Of a stretch of 64,000 nucleotides of DNA, positions 1 through 13,000 are shown one piece after another. The position numbers and the translations under genes are program-made. The notes under the pieces are model-generated. The model ran no database searches. It worked only from the letters and a program-made list of their open reading frames with translations, and was not told where the DNA came from. This stretch comes from Oopsacas minuta (lineage: Eukaryota; Animalia; Porifera), in assembly GCA_024704765.1 (NCBI GenBank), contig JAKMXF010000222.1, forward strand, positions 1,756,405-1,820,404. Direction: 5' to 3'. The stretch's first letter is position 1, and each line of letters begins with the position of its first letter.

Positions 1-114
1 ATTTTGTAAGAAATTACTTAAACGTAATTCACATTCCAATTTCCAACAAATATTACAAATTTACACATGTGTAAAATAGATTTGAATTGAACTTATCTAT
101 TGACCTCTTCTTAG

Positions 115-1772
115 GACGGTAGTGCTCGACGTCCAATGAATGCATATATGCTTTTCTGCAAAATAAACCGAAGTGAAGTGAAGGAGAAAAATCCTGGACT
201 GTCAAATCGAGAGATAAGTCAGATTCTAGGCAAAATGTGGCATGACTTGGATAAAGAAGAGTGGCAGAAGTATACGAATATGTCCTTTGAGGTATGTTTT
301 CGAATTAATGCCATTATACATAGTTATACCTTTGTATCACATCTTAAAACAGATATACATAAATTAGCCCTATTAGAGTTGTGTTCATGAATAACATTGA
401 AAATCAACTAATATATTTTAATAACAGACACATCTTTAGATCTCTGCTTATCCTAATGCTTAATCTATTTATTTTCTAGCTTATTACACGTATGTTTGTT
501 TGATAAAATCTCATTATTAGTTAAGGAAGGCGCACTATGTTGCTTACCCTGATTTCAAATGGTCAAAGAAGCAGAAAAGGCCTTCATCCATTCCTTCAAA
601 GAGTAGGTTGAATTAATTACTCGTTTCTTTTATTGAGCATTTAAGGAGACGCAGGATTAGACCCAAAAAATGTTGGAATTTGACCAAAAATAAAATTGGT
701 AGTAGGAATTTACAAACAGTTTGCTAATAATTAATCCAACAAAAGTCCATCCATAATCAAAATTAGTATGGAGTCCACATCCCCACCCCTAGGTAGTTTA
801 ATAACGAGTACAAATGAAACTCCCCAGACCAATAAGGAAGTGAACTAAATCCCTAATCCCCTCCCAATGGTAAGGGGTTTCTAATTAATACAATAATAAC
901 TGTCCTATCACGTCTTCGTTTCTATAAATCCATTTAGAAAACAAAACGGATTATTAAACTTAATTAATTAATAATTATAAAACAGCTCTCCAAAGCTAAT
1001 AATTTGGGTCATTTTCCGCGTCCCCCATTTAAGTACAAATGAAAGCAATACCGACAGTAGGTGAAATAATGTATTCATATATATTCACCTGACAATGGAG
1101 ATTTGTATACTGTTATGAACTGGCTTTATTAATTAATAATATTAAATTTAAAACTACGTAACTATACTAGGAACACAAGTAGAAGATGAGGGAGGGACAT
1201 CTCTTTATCGGCCTCGATCAACAATATATCCAGACAGTGAGTATTCAGATTATACGTCTGTTAACTTTAAACCAGTTTCTTTTGATTTGAACAAGGAGCG
1301 GAAATTGCCTCACCCATCTTCTCTCCACTCTATTAATTTACAACCCAGAGTATCAGGCATATCTCCGTTCTTGATTGAGAGTCTCCTCAAATCTCCTGAC
1401 CTCCAATCAACTCACAAACTCAATAATGCTCCTTACGATGACGTCACTCCTTTAAAGAAAAGAAAGATTACCCCTATCCTTCCTACTGATCAATTATTAC
1501 CACATTACATAGTTCCCAATGCTATATCTACTCTCCCTTCATTATATGCACCACAATTACTTCCCGGAATTCAACAGACTTTGTCTAACTCTTCTACACC
1601 AAGTATTCCTGACCAACAACCAAATATGTTAGGATTTGTATTACCCATGTATAACACGAATGCTGCTCTATCAAGCGCCAGGATACAGTTCTTAGCTACT
1701 GATCCAAACACAGGTTATTATACAATTCACCAAGGTCCTCTTCTCAATGGAAAGCTAATTAGTGATTCGTAA
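115..1772 (+). CDS. HMG-box transcription factor, BBX/Capicua/HBP1-like (5' end may lie upstream of the window)
   Basis: Exons 115-291, 521-602, 1171-1772 are joined by GT-AG introns in compatible phases (0, 1). The splice gives RPMNAYMLFCKINRSEV...WQKYTNMSFE|LRKAHYVAYPDFKWSKK, a complete sequence-specific HMG box. The RPMNA..LFCK, QKYT.M and PDFKW ends resemble BBX/CIC more than SOX or TCF. The C-terminus is Pro/Ser-rich. Confidence 0.8.
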
Positions 1773-2489
1773 ACCTATTAATAGCACATTTTCTTTAGCT
1801 TTTACTGCCAACCGTTCAAAGTACATACCCTGCACATCTTTTGTTTATATATTGCTGTAACAGCCACAATTAGTATCAGTCGTATTTGAAATTTTAATGC
1901 AATTTAATATTTTATACATTTTTTACATTAATGATAATTATGCTTAATATTTTTCGTATGCCATGCGAACTTCCTGTAAATAATTATAAATTAAAGCAGT
2001 CATGAGTATTTGATTAATCATATTGTTGTTTAATTTGCACGGTTATGTAACAATGATTTGTTATTGTATACAATTGCAAATCGCAAACTAACTGATTGGG
2101 CAGCACAATTCATACGATACTTTCGTAGGGTTGCATTGCTATAGTATGTCTATCATAATTAATCACTGCTCTGTGGCAGTTACTTGATGCATATATATGC
2201 TATTTGTGCTTTGATGTATAATGTCCTTATTAATTAATATTTACCCATATGATATACAATTCTGATTTATCATAATTAGTTACCTTGTATAGCCGTGACC
2301 CATGAGAACAGATTAGTAAGCATAATTTCAGATTCCTGTAATTAATTTATATTATACCTTATTTTAGGAAGTAACACAATTCCTCCAAATCGCGTTAATT
2401 TTATTGGAATTTGTTAAACACCAATATATATAGCTCTGCTTTAACATAGCCAGCCCAGAGTTCATCATAATTTTTAGAGCAGCTCCTAT

Positions 2490-2885
2490 AGGGAGATGCC
2501 TTAATGGCATAGACGATGTGCGACGTACGGCCATGCGAAATCTAACAGTCCAATTAACATAAAAATTGGCATACATTTACATTTTGGGTCGGAGATTTGC
2601 ATCTCGGGGGTGAACTTCTCTAAAGTGAATATTTCACACCTTTTTGGTGATTAATCATATTTCACATCATTCTATGTAATACAAAAGCGAGCTAGAGATT
2701 AGGTTTCAACATGTTGTCAGGGGTAATTGGGTGCGTAGAGTCCGATTTTGAGATTGGCAGAGTCTGAAAGTTTTTAATTCACAGATTTATCATTTATTAG
2801 TCATATTTAATATGATTAATCATAACACAAACAAATAATCTGAGCTGCATGATGCACTCCCAGTCTGTCTGCTGGGCATTCTATT
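2490..2885 (+). mobile_element. Non-autonomous interspersed element with TGATTAATCATA palindromes (HINE/Helentron-like or MITE)
   Basis: Clear homology to 34325-34740 (inverted) and 19230-19490. Shared blocks are GGAGATTTGCA, CACCTTTTTGGTGATTAATCAT, GGGTAATTGGGTGCGTAGA and the terminal ACTCCCAGT..CTGGGCATTT. Boundaries are approximate. Confidence 0.6.
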
Positions 2886-3949
2886 TATATGAGTTAGTGG
2901 CCTGTTACTCAATTTAAAAGACACGTATATGTAAGTTGGACACAATAATTAATGTATGTACTATGTAGAAATCTAGCCGCGATTGACAGGATAATCAGTA
3001 AAATAATAATATACCTACATTTTGGGAAGAGATTAATTTGCACCCATAATATGAATTGTTTCGAAATGAAATTTGTGAATAAACATATTCTCATACCTTT
3101 CTATGTAAAATTAACAAGCATGCAGGAGGTTAGGTATAAATAAATATGTTGTCAGGGTAATTAGGTGCGTAGATCAGATCCATCTCGATATCAAACATTA
3201 TTTGTATATACCTCATTATTGGGTTATATCATAGACTCTGAATAGTGTTACATATGTATTTAAGGCAAGATAGCAATTATGTTTGCACTTATTTAACTCA
3301 TCAACATAATTGTATTGATTAATTAGTCTATAGATATAGTCAGGTGAACTATCTGTACAATCGCTTAATGAATCATATAAACGCATGCTCTGGTTGTTCT
3401 GGAAGATTTTATCAAAATGTAACTTTAAAATCAATTGCATTAGGTAAAAGTTTCTCAGAATAATCTAACTAATTCACATTTCTACATACCATATGTTATG
3501 TATATCCACAATTTCACATTACTATCACATCATATAGTTCAGTTAGTTAATAATTTTATATTGCTAAAAAAGGAAGTAATTTCTCCACAGAATAGAACCA
3601 CAATTCAATTCGTATTGATCATGGTTAGCTGTACCAGTTAGCTATCCAAGTATCATCATACTCAATTTTCATGTCTACAACATCATATTTATACCCAAAG
3701 CCAAATTCCAATTATTATCATTTAATCAATTTTGCATAGCTGTAATTCCCTTAATAGAATGCTTTTATTTTTGGTGTAAATTACTTGCTATTGGCAGCTT
3801 CCAAAACAGAGGTCTAGATTATTAATTTAACTAATCTGTTTATAATAGCATTTATTACAATGATATATGCTGATTTTCTCCAATCGAGCCTTAGTCTCAA
3901 TAGTATAATATCTCATTTGTTGATTGTCTGTTTGTCTTTTTGATTTGGA

Positions 3950-5370
3950 AGTTGAATTCATTTAAATATCGTTTTTATACTTACAAGGATAGCGCAAACG
4001 GTCAGACTAGTCCGACAGTGGTCTGTCCAATTTTTTCTTGTCCTGTTTGAATTGTATGAGGCACCTGACAACCTTAATATAGAATAATAGATTATGCATT
4101 CATTAGCCAGACCGCTCTTTAACTTGGTCCTCTTCCCGTGACTTGTATAATACACTAATAGTGTTTAATTCAAGTAATAAAGCAAAATTGAAGAAATCAT
4201 TATACAGTATTCGGATAATTAAAAATTAGGATTTACCTGACTACTATACTATTAAACACAGGGCTGGGATTGGTCAACCGAATTCATGGGATGGTTAAAC
4301 TTGATTCAAAGAAAGCGGTTAATTGGTTAATTGATGAAATAATTCTATTAAATAAATAATGTTTCGTACGTAAAATTGAAATTATCCATCATTAATTACC
4401 TGTATGCAATTGTTATGTGATTTTATCTTACAAAAGGATTGAAATTTGAAATACAAACCTAAAAATGTGATATCACACGAATATCATACTAAAAACCCTA
4501 GAAACAATGAATATATTTCTGGAAATGACACTATTCCGTCAATCGTATATCTTTTCTCATATCAGTTTACTGGATATATCGGCGGTTAACCGTATCCAGC
4601 CTTGCATGTGGTTGAGACCGCTCCTTTGGGGCAAAGATGCAATTGGGTCACTGACGCATACATGGATCATCAATTGGTCATGCCCATGGCCAACATATAT
4701 TCGCGTATCGTATGTGGGATTCATTGTAGTGCAGCTTTTAAGAATTTAAGTATAGTGTAATAATTCTACTAGTTAATAGGACAGAATAGCCAAAGAGTGT
4801 GCGTGTATTGAATTTGAATATCAAAGTGTGCAAGTGCTGAAAAGGTTAGGAGCGATTGGCATAAAAGGCAAATATGTATTACCATAACCCAAAAACACAA
4901 TTTTAGAATATTACATCTACTCTTACAAAATTAAAATCTATGTATTTACGCAAAATATAAATAGGAATTTGTCATGATACGAGTAAGTTGGTAAGTTCCT
5001 GAGATAACCCAGTATCCATGGTTAGCAGATGGATAGCATTAATATCCAGCTACTTTCTTACCTCCTACTTGTATCCATTGTCATATATCCTATGTTATGA
5101 CTCATTTAAATTTGTGGACAATACTTGTTATTGCTGCCCCTATCTTACACCTTCAGCCGTTCATATGGTTTTTTCGACCATTAACGACTCAATAACAAAA
5201 GTCAAACGATGGAATATTGGAGTGCATAAAATACATGAACCCAGTAAAGATATTTACAACAGTCTATGGCTTATTGAGTGAAAATATAAATTTACTACAC
5301 ACATGTCCTTCAAGGTCATGTGTGTAGTAAATTATTTGGTCTGATTGACCGCCCAGACTCCATAAGTCAG
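3950..5370 (-). pseudogene. Highly decayed Ty3/Gypsy pol fragment (RNase H to integrase Zn-finger)
   Basis: Frameshifted minus-strand remnants: WAVNQ, LEG..KFIF..NKP, SFDF, K.HMNAEGVR (cf. KHSNADGLSR) and CWP...RQ*PNC (cf. YWP...C..C). Multiple stops. Confidence 0.4.
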
Positions 5371-5373
5371 GGC

Positions 5374-5607
5374 TGTGTTTGTTTGTTGTCAAGGTAAGGA
5401 TTTCGGGTATGCTATTATGAGTTCGAATTTCGCAATCCCGATAACTAAGTATTATCGTGCAATCACTAAAGTAAATAGAATACAATAAAACTTCACAAAT
5501 AAATCGAAATATGCGGAATCCAATATTCACACTTATGAATTAATCATATGTATATTTATTTGTTGTTTTTATGAATGTATAGTAAACAAATTAGCCAAAC
5601 GCGCTAG
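5374..5607 (+). mobile_element. 5'-truncated mini-Helitron copy
   Basis: GTTT microsatellite followed by a body homologous to 25660-25870. Ends AAACGCGCTAG|T. Confidence 0.55.
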
Positions 5608-6134
5608 TAGATATAATATCGCCTTCTTTAACTATTGTAGTATTGTTGTATGACAGTTCAACTAATAAAGACAGAATAAATACGTGTAAAATCTACAAGT
5701 CAAGAGATAAAAGAAATTCAATAAAATGTGTACGAATACATTTAATACATAGCAGACTATTTTGGTAATAGATCTCACCCAGAATCCCAGAAAACAGAAT
5801 AAGTACGATAGGTTACAGTAACACGATATAGCAATTTACACAATACGTATAACAGAAATGGCAGTGTGGTACAGGTGGGCTGTGTTAACATACGACATGA
5901 CTGACATTACATTAGCGTAACATATATTTTCTGTCTTACAATATTGTCGCTTATTTTGCAGCTAGATGTATCATGAAATTTTTAGAATTAGTTGACCTGT
6001 ATAGAAAAATAGTCGCAAAAACTGTAAGATAAGTAACGTATTGAATTCTCTTATTACTTTTGATTGACGCAGCAAATGAATCGAATTCGGATTTGAATGA
6101 TATCTACCTTATTCACCTTCAAAAATAGGGAAAT

Positions 6135-6475
6135 ATCTATATTATTAAATCTCAATTTGTGTCTGTGTGTCACGCTCCCATATGGAAAACACATCGGTTC
6201 AGTTCATAAAGTCCAGAAACAAATATTACACAACATAACAACAACATAACAACATTGTACTGGGGTAATCGAGTATGCTGAGTCAAATATGATACTGTAA
6301 ACAACATTTAATAAATATTTGTTCACTTATGGGGACATAAGGTAAGCAGATTTAATGATTATGGCAGTATCATGTTTGCTAAAGTTAAGATTATGAGTTT
6401 ATGTACTCGAGGCGTGGCCCGGTGCGGACATGAAGTGTTCGCAACTGCGTAGCGCGAGCAAGCGAAGTGCGCTAG
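6135..6475 (+). mobile_element. Non-autonomous Helitron (341 bp)
   Basis: A|TCTATATTATTAAATCTCAA 5' end, a GT-rich microsatellite, a GC-rich subterminal region, and CTAG|T at the 3' end. The A/T target lacks a TSD. The 3' ~220 bp is near-identical to 25905-26123. Confidence 0.8.
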
Positions 6476-7015
6476 TAAAAATATTAAACTACAACCACAA
6501 TGTAGCATGTGGATCAATTTTCTTGTAAAGGGACAGGCTGAGCCTCTCTCTGACCCTTTTACCCCCACTCATCGTAATCTGAACTGAAATAACTTGAGAA
6601 AATTTCTAAAAGACATTTAGTATTTTGATAAATATGAATATAGGTATCGTAATACTTAGGTATATTTTGGAAATATACCTAACACAGTACATACACATGT
6701 ACATCATTTGTTGATGAGAGAGGACATGTCTAATTGCCCAAATACGATATGACCCTAGTTAATTATCCCAATATATGAGAAGTTAACTGAATAAGTATAT
6801 GATACATTCTTTTGATTAAGACAAAATATACAAATATCACAGAAATAGTGTGACTAAGTATTCTAGATGTAACCAGTGATAAAGAAGCGAGTAGATATAT
6901 CACAACGTGTAAGCTCTATTAAGTTGCATGATTAAACGCTACTATTTATATGGTGCAGGCATGGCTTATGCAAATGGTGGTTCTTGAGTTAATAGCGTTA
7001 AAAAGGAATATGAAA

Positions 7016-10000
7016 TTAGCAAGCTGTCGTGTCAGTGACTGAGGACGTACTAGGAGGACTTGAGCTATCAGTGGTAGCGGGGAGGATGCAAACCATTGAG
7101 TTCATTAACGGGTTATAGGTGAGAAGCGGCTGGGTGTATTTTATATCAGGGATTACTACTGTTTGGAAACCGGGGAGATTAAACGAGGGAGCTAGTATAT
7201 AGCCTGCTGGTAGACCAGATAGTGAGTTTGATGTGACAGTTGGTATGCTAGTTGTTGTGATAGTAGTCGGGTATACATTGTCAATGACAGTAGACTTGGT
7301 GTCAGAAGATGAAGACTCTGTTAAAGAAGATTCTGGGAGTTGAGTAGACATCTGGTTAACAGAAGAAGCACAGGAAGAACATTTAGGATTATATTTAGTA
7401 TATGACTGTTTGTTTAGAAAGGGTAGAGACTCCAAATTGAATCTGTAAACATAACGCTGTCCTTGTACTTTATACATAATCTTCTTGTCGTAATAATAAC
7501 GAATAGCTCTGCTCAGTTTATCGTAGTTCATATTTGGTTTCCTCTTCCTTTCGCCCCATTTGCGTGATACCTCATCTGGGTTCAATAATTTGAATTCTCC
7601 ATTGTTGCCGGCCCATTTAATGATGTGTGAATTCTTCTCATCATTCAGCAGTTCCAGGAGAAATTGCCATAGCTGCACATGACCTAGAAGCCAATATAAT
7701 ATAAAACTCTAATGAAATGACACAAATGAATTCTAACAATGCAATTAAATCTCTAGTTACGGGAAATAGCAAAGAAATGTGTGATATCGCTAAAACGCTA
7801 AACTACTAAAATACATATTAGCTACAAGTTGTTAGGAAAGTTATTTTAAGACGAATATATGTAATGAGATTGGAAACATGCTTAATTTTAGATGTCAGGA
7901 TAAACTATGAAGTCACAAGTAAATTATGTCTACATATGTCCAAATAAGATGACGATTCATCAACAACTATAAATCATACTAGTACAATAATCATCGTGTT
8001 ACGAATATGTAAGCAAAACCCTGTAGAAATAGAGAGATTACGTAGTATAATGGCTACATTTCCGGAAGAACTACAGAACGCGGAGGAAGCAAATCATATT
8101 TTTAGATTACTCGTAAGAATTCAATTAAGAAATCCGATATTCCTGTGAGACAGAGGAAACGAATGATGTTGACGATCTGAATAATGATTATAACAATTAA
8201 TAGATTTATTCCTAGGAGGATGTGTTCATATAGATAAGCAGCTTAATCAGGACAGATGGCTTCTAACGTATTGCACAACCCAGTTGTGCATTCTTAATTA
8301 TTGTCATCGCAATACGTCGCTACAATATAAGCTACTCACCTCCGTTACTAGATGACCATGAATGAATACATTCTCCTGAATCTTCGCTGCTAATGAGGTT
8401 GTTGTAGCTGTTTCTTGTTAGGTTATGACAGCTCTCAGGGGAGTCAGCGTTTGCTCCAGTCTGAGGTGGTGTTGTAGAAATAGGACAGTAGTAATATTCA
8501 CCAAATTCCTGCTTCACTTCGAGATTATCTGTAGTTGCAGGATCCATAGATTTGATAATTTTAGTGTCAGTAGATTCTGGAGAGTTGTAAGGCAAGTGAA
8601 TGTTGAAAGGGGGTGGAGAGGGGTCCTCAGATGTCACGTTAATTTCTACTGAGTAAGGAGTCGGACTAATCCGTTCCCTGGAATCTGATATTGTAACAGT
8701 ATCACTATCACTAGTGTTATTGCTGTTCAATGTCTGCTCGTTGATTGTGGCTATCGAGTGGTGAGGTTGGAAATTGAGAGGAAATGTATTTGAATAATGG
8801 AAATTTGGTACCTCGATCGGGCAGAAAGTCCCAAGTTTAGGAGTAATGGGCAATTCAAGCTCCTCTATCGGTTCACTCTTAACCTGAATACTGCTATCAG
8901 ATAAGTTACTGTACTCACAGTCCATCGCATTTGTTCCGTCATCTTCTACGGGGGAAGTTAAGTGGGGGAGAGTTGGAGAAGTGTGAGTGGGTAAACTACT
9001 AATACCTCGTATAAAAGCATCACTGTTATTAGTCATCATAATTTTATCCCGAGACATGCTTGTGTCTAGTACAGATAGTTGTCCTAACTTAGAAACTCTG
9101 AATTGAGAAATACCAATAAGAGGAGTGTGATGGGAGAGTCTGTGTTTGTGAGAAGGAGATGTTCCGTGTAGTCTTAATCGCTTTTCAGATTTAAACTTGT
9201 CACCTACAATATAGCATACACTCATAATATATATTTTTAGATGGTTATGTTATCTTTAGTTCGAATTAGTAATCAAATTATAGTGGCAGCTATGGTTTAT
9301 ATACTTTTCAAATTGTTAAGCTTCATTGAAAAATGTACTAAAATGTCGGAGGTTATAATATGGACTAAAGTTATTTTTATATTCATTTTGAGATAATTCT
9401 AAGCCATAAAATTAGTTCCTACTTGCTAAGAAATGAAACAAATCATTATTTTGCATCCATCTAAGGGATGTAAAGTATATAAGGTATTCAATGCAATTCA
9501 ACCAGAAAGTCTGCTTACATCAAGCTAATCGTTATTTCTTTGGCTTTTTTAGGAAAGAGGGTCTTCAAAAGTCTCTAATACAATTTGCAAAGGAAGTTTG
9601 AAGTTGAGTGCAAATAATTTAATCGACCATTTGCGTCAAAAGGAAGAATTTAAAATATTTGAAGACATCCTAAAATTAATTAGCATTTTATATGCCTCAA
9701 TTTTAAGAAAAATTCTTATATCATTTCTATAAAAGTAAAAATGAGCGACCTAGAAATAATTTCCAGAATACCACAATGATTGATGCCAGATTCTTTCTGA
9801 AAAATTTAATAGAATACGAAAGAATGTTGATAAGTGGCTCCACTCATGTACCCAGAAGTATGTAATGTAAAGAATTCAGATTGACACAGACATGCCATTC
9901 TTTCAGGAGGCCTCCAAAAATATCTCGTGATTAGATATTCAATTTATAAATCTATTGTATGACACTTTCTACAACTAGATACCATACATTAAGTATAATA

Positions 10001-13000
10001 TATACACATTGAGGTATACGTTGCTACTCCCTCCGAAAACAAATAATTAGAAATATACATAATATAGGAATGCAAAACGGGGCATCAAAATAACCGCAAA
10101 TTATAAAAAGTGCTAATTCAATGAAAAAATAATTTCTATATAAATTCTACAGAATTAGGCCAAATCAGTGGGCTTCGCCGATTTATTAATTCTTGCTCAA
10201 TTATCCTAAATTCATTTGAGACAATTCGTAGAAATAAATTAGATTTGTCTAGTTGTGAAAAATAAATGTTCCCATAATTAGTCTACTAGTATGTATTAAA
10301 GTGTCCCAAACGGCAAGTTTTGTTGGCTTGTAAGCTATAACTTGTGATTATCTAAACTACATATAGAGAATAACAAATAACATAACTGCTAATAACATCC
10401 TAGCAATAATATCCTGGCTAGCGTAAGTGGTCTGCCGGCTGCCTAGAGTATATTAACTAGACAAAACAGATTAGGGAAGTAATATTACTTGTACATTTTA
10501 ATTGCGCCACACACACAAGTTTCCTGTTACACATAAAATTAAAGATCAAACTAACAAACAATGTAGTCAAATTAGTATACAATATGTAACTCAAAACAGC
10601 TAAGAAATATTAAAAATTATAATATTGAGTTGAAAGGAAATTTATTTGTCAGATTATATTGCTAAAAAGTTGTAAATTGATCAGGAGATATGTGAGGCAG
10701 GAAAATATGCAATAAATCTACTTAAAAGCACCGATCAAGTTCTCTAAGTATTATTAAAGGAAATTGTAGTTCAGAAATTATTGGATAGAGATCAAGATTT
10801 GAAAGAAATATAATCTCAAGGGGGAGTGAATTTAAATTGCAGGAATAATTGTCTATTTATAATAAATATTCGTATTTCCGTGTTTCCTCGATACACTAAT
10901 TCTATGAGCATAAACTGCTGAACTTAGAGAAAGATAATTTATTTCTGTTCAAAAAGATCAAATTAGAAGAAGGCAGTAGATTAATTGCAAATACTATTAA
11001 GATACTTGTGGAAGAAGTAACGCAACGTATCTCTCAGATTTATACTAAAATAAGATACTAAACTGATTAAGTGATGATAAATCGCAAATTAGCGCATAAA
11101 ATAAGAATAGTGAACCTTCATAATTAATTTGACATATCTTACTTATACATTGCCTGAACAATTGTGGCATAAGTGGCAGATAGCACGAATATGTTGAATA
11201 GCCTGTGGGTATAGCAGAAAAGATAATTAGCTTTCTCAAAGTTGTGATAGTAAAGAATTAATAGGTATTAAAGTGTTCGAAATCATTTCAGTATATGAAA
11301 CTAAAGTGGTATTCATCTTGGTGCCAAATTCCAATTGTAGTTAGGGGTTAGAATACTTTGGCTAGCTCGCGTATAAGTATGTATTAGCTAAGTAGTATAA
11401 ATAGAAGATGACTCAGCACTAGTTAATTCTTAATTCATTTTATCTTGATTTCTAATTTCGCAATTCAGAGATATAGCTTAACTACAGTATGCATTTATTG
11501 TGATAACCAAGAAAGTGAATACGATTCATAACTCAACTTCTCGAAACAGAGTGAAAATAAATCGAGCGCATTACTAGTCCATACAAATTAACCTCCACAA
11601 ACGGGGTAGCATTTTTGGGAGGCTCTAGCATCCCATTAGTAGAGGTTACACTGTAGTGTAGTAGTTGAATATTGCGAATTTGATTACATAATAACAACCA
11701 TGTGTTTACACAAAATATAGTATATTACATACTTAGCATGTATACACAAACTTAACAGCTCTTTTTTCATGTCATAAGTGTAAATTTCTACCAATTTGTT
11801 CCTCAATTAGTAACTTCGCATATTAGGAATTGTATAAAAACAAAAGATCCAAGTTAGTAATAAGCAAACTCCATTGTACATAATATAAGGTTAAAGTAAC
11901 TCACAGATTTCAAGTTGAGAGATCAGTTAAGTTTATTATTAATAATACAAATAAATCGGATACTTAATTCAATAGATATTTCAAAAGTTGCAATACTTAT
12001 ATAATTTACTAAAAATGCATGTAAATTTATACCTGAATGACAAGCCTATAGAATGCTCCATAGTTTATAATAATGGAATTGTGGTTGCATCAGTATATCG
12101 ATCCAGTGACATCCAACTTCCTTCCAGAATAAGATAGCGTGGAAATTTCCCTGAGTGTTCAATCATTGTTCAGAAATTATCAAGTTCGTGTCGCTTAACT
12201 ACGCATTGGTGCATGCCATTAGATTTTAAAGCAAAGTTATACCATGCAGAAGATCAATTCATAATATTACGTGTTAAAGTTATATCATGAGGTTTCTTTT
12301 TGTTAAGATAAAAATTATGAACCGTTACTGCTAGGAATTTGATAGGTAGAAATTAAATACAATAAATATTTGACGTTACGCATGAGTACTGATTTAAGAA
12401 GCCATGCTTGGGATAATATAATTCTAATTTTAATATAATAAATAATATAATTTTACTCAGAAATTTGTCACTTAAAATTGGCTTTAGCAACCACCATAAA
12501 TTGATTGATCACAATATGCCAGCAAACTTCAGCACAAGTTAAATAACCAAATAATTGGAAAGAAACCACTTAGATTAGATGATGTAGCAGCATTGTATTA
12601 TTCGAAACGAATGAATGTGCTCCACAATACTGTAGTATAAGCTTCAAAGTGAAAAGTTTCACATTTAACAGATTGTAGATATCTTTATCATCTTATTAAA
12701 CCCTTTTTCGCAATAATGATATAATTATTAATTTAATATGATGTCAACCTATCACAAACAGGTGTCATCCAACTACCCAAACCAGTATCATAATATAATA
12801 CTATATGATATAACGTATAGCTATCTCTAGTAAGTGTACTGGCGTTTAGTTTTTCTTGGCCATTTTTTGCTCTAAATATCCTCGCGAATATTAAGAACAA
12901 AAGCATAATTTATCATCTCAATTGGTTACATAGTGAAATAAGGTGTAAACATAGAAAAGTAATCCGGGGGATAAAATAATATATTTATTCACTAGTTTGG

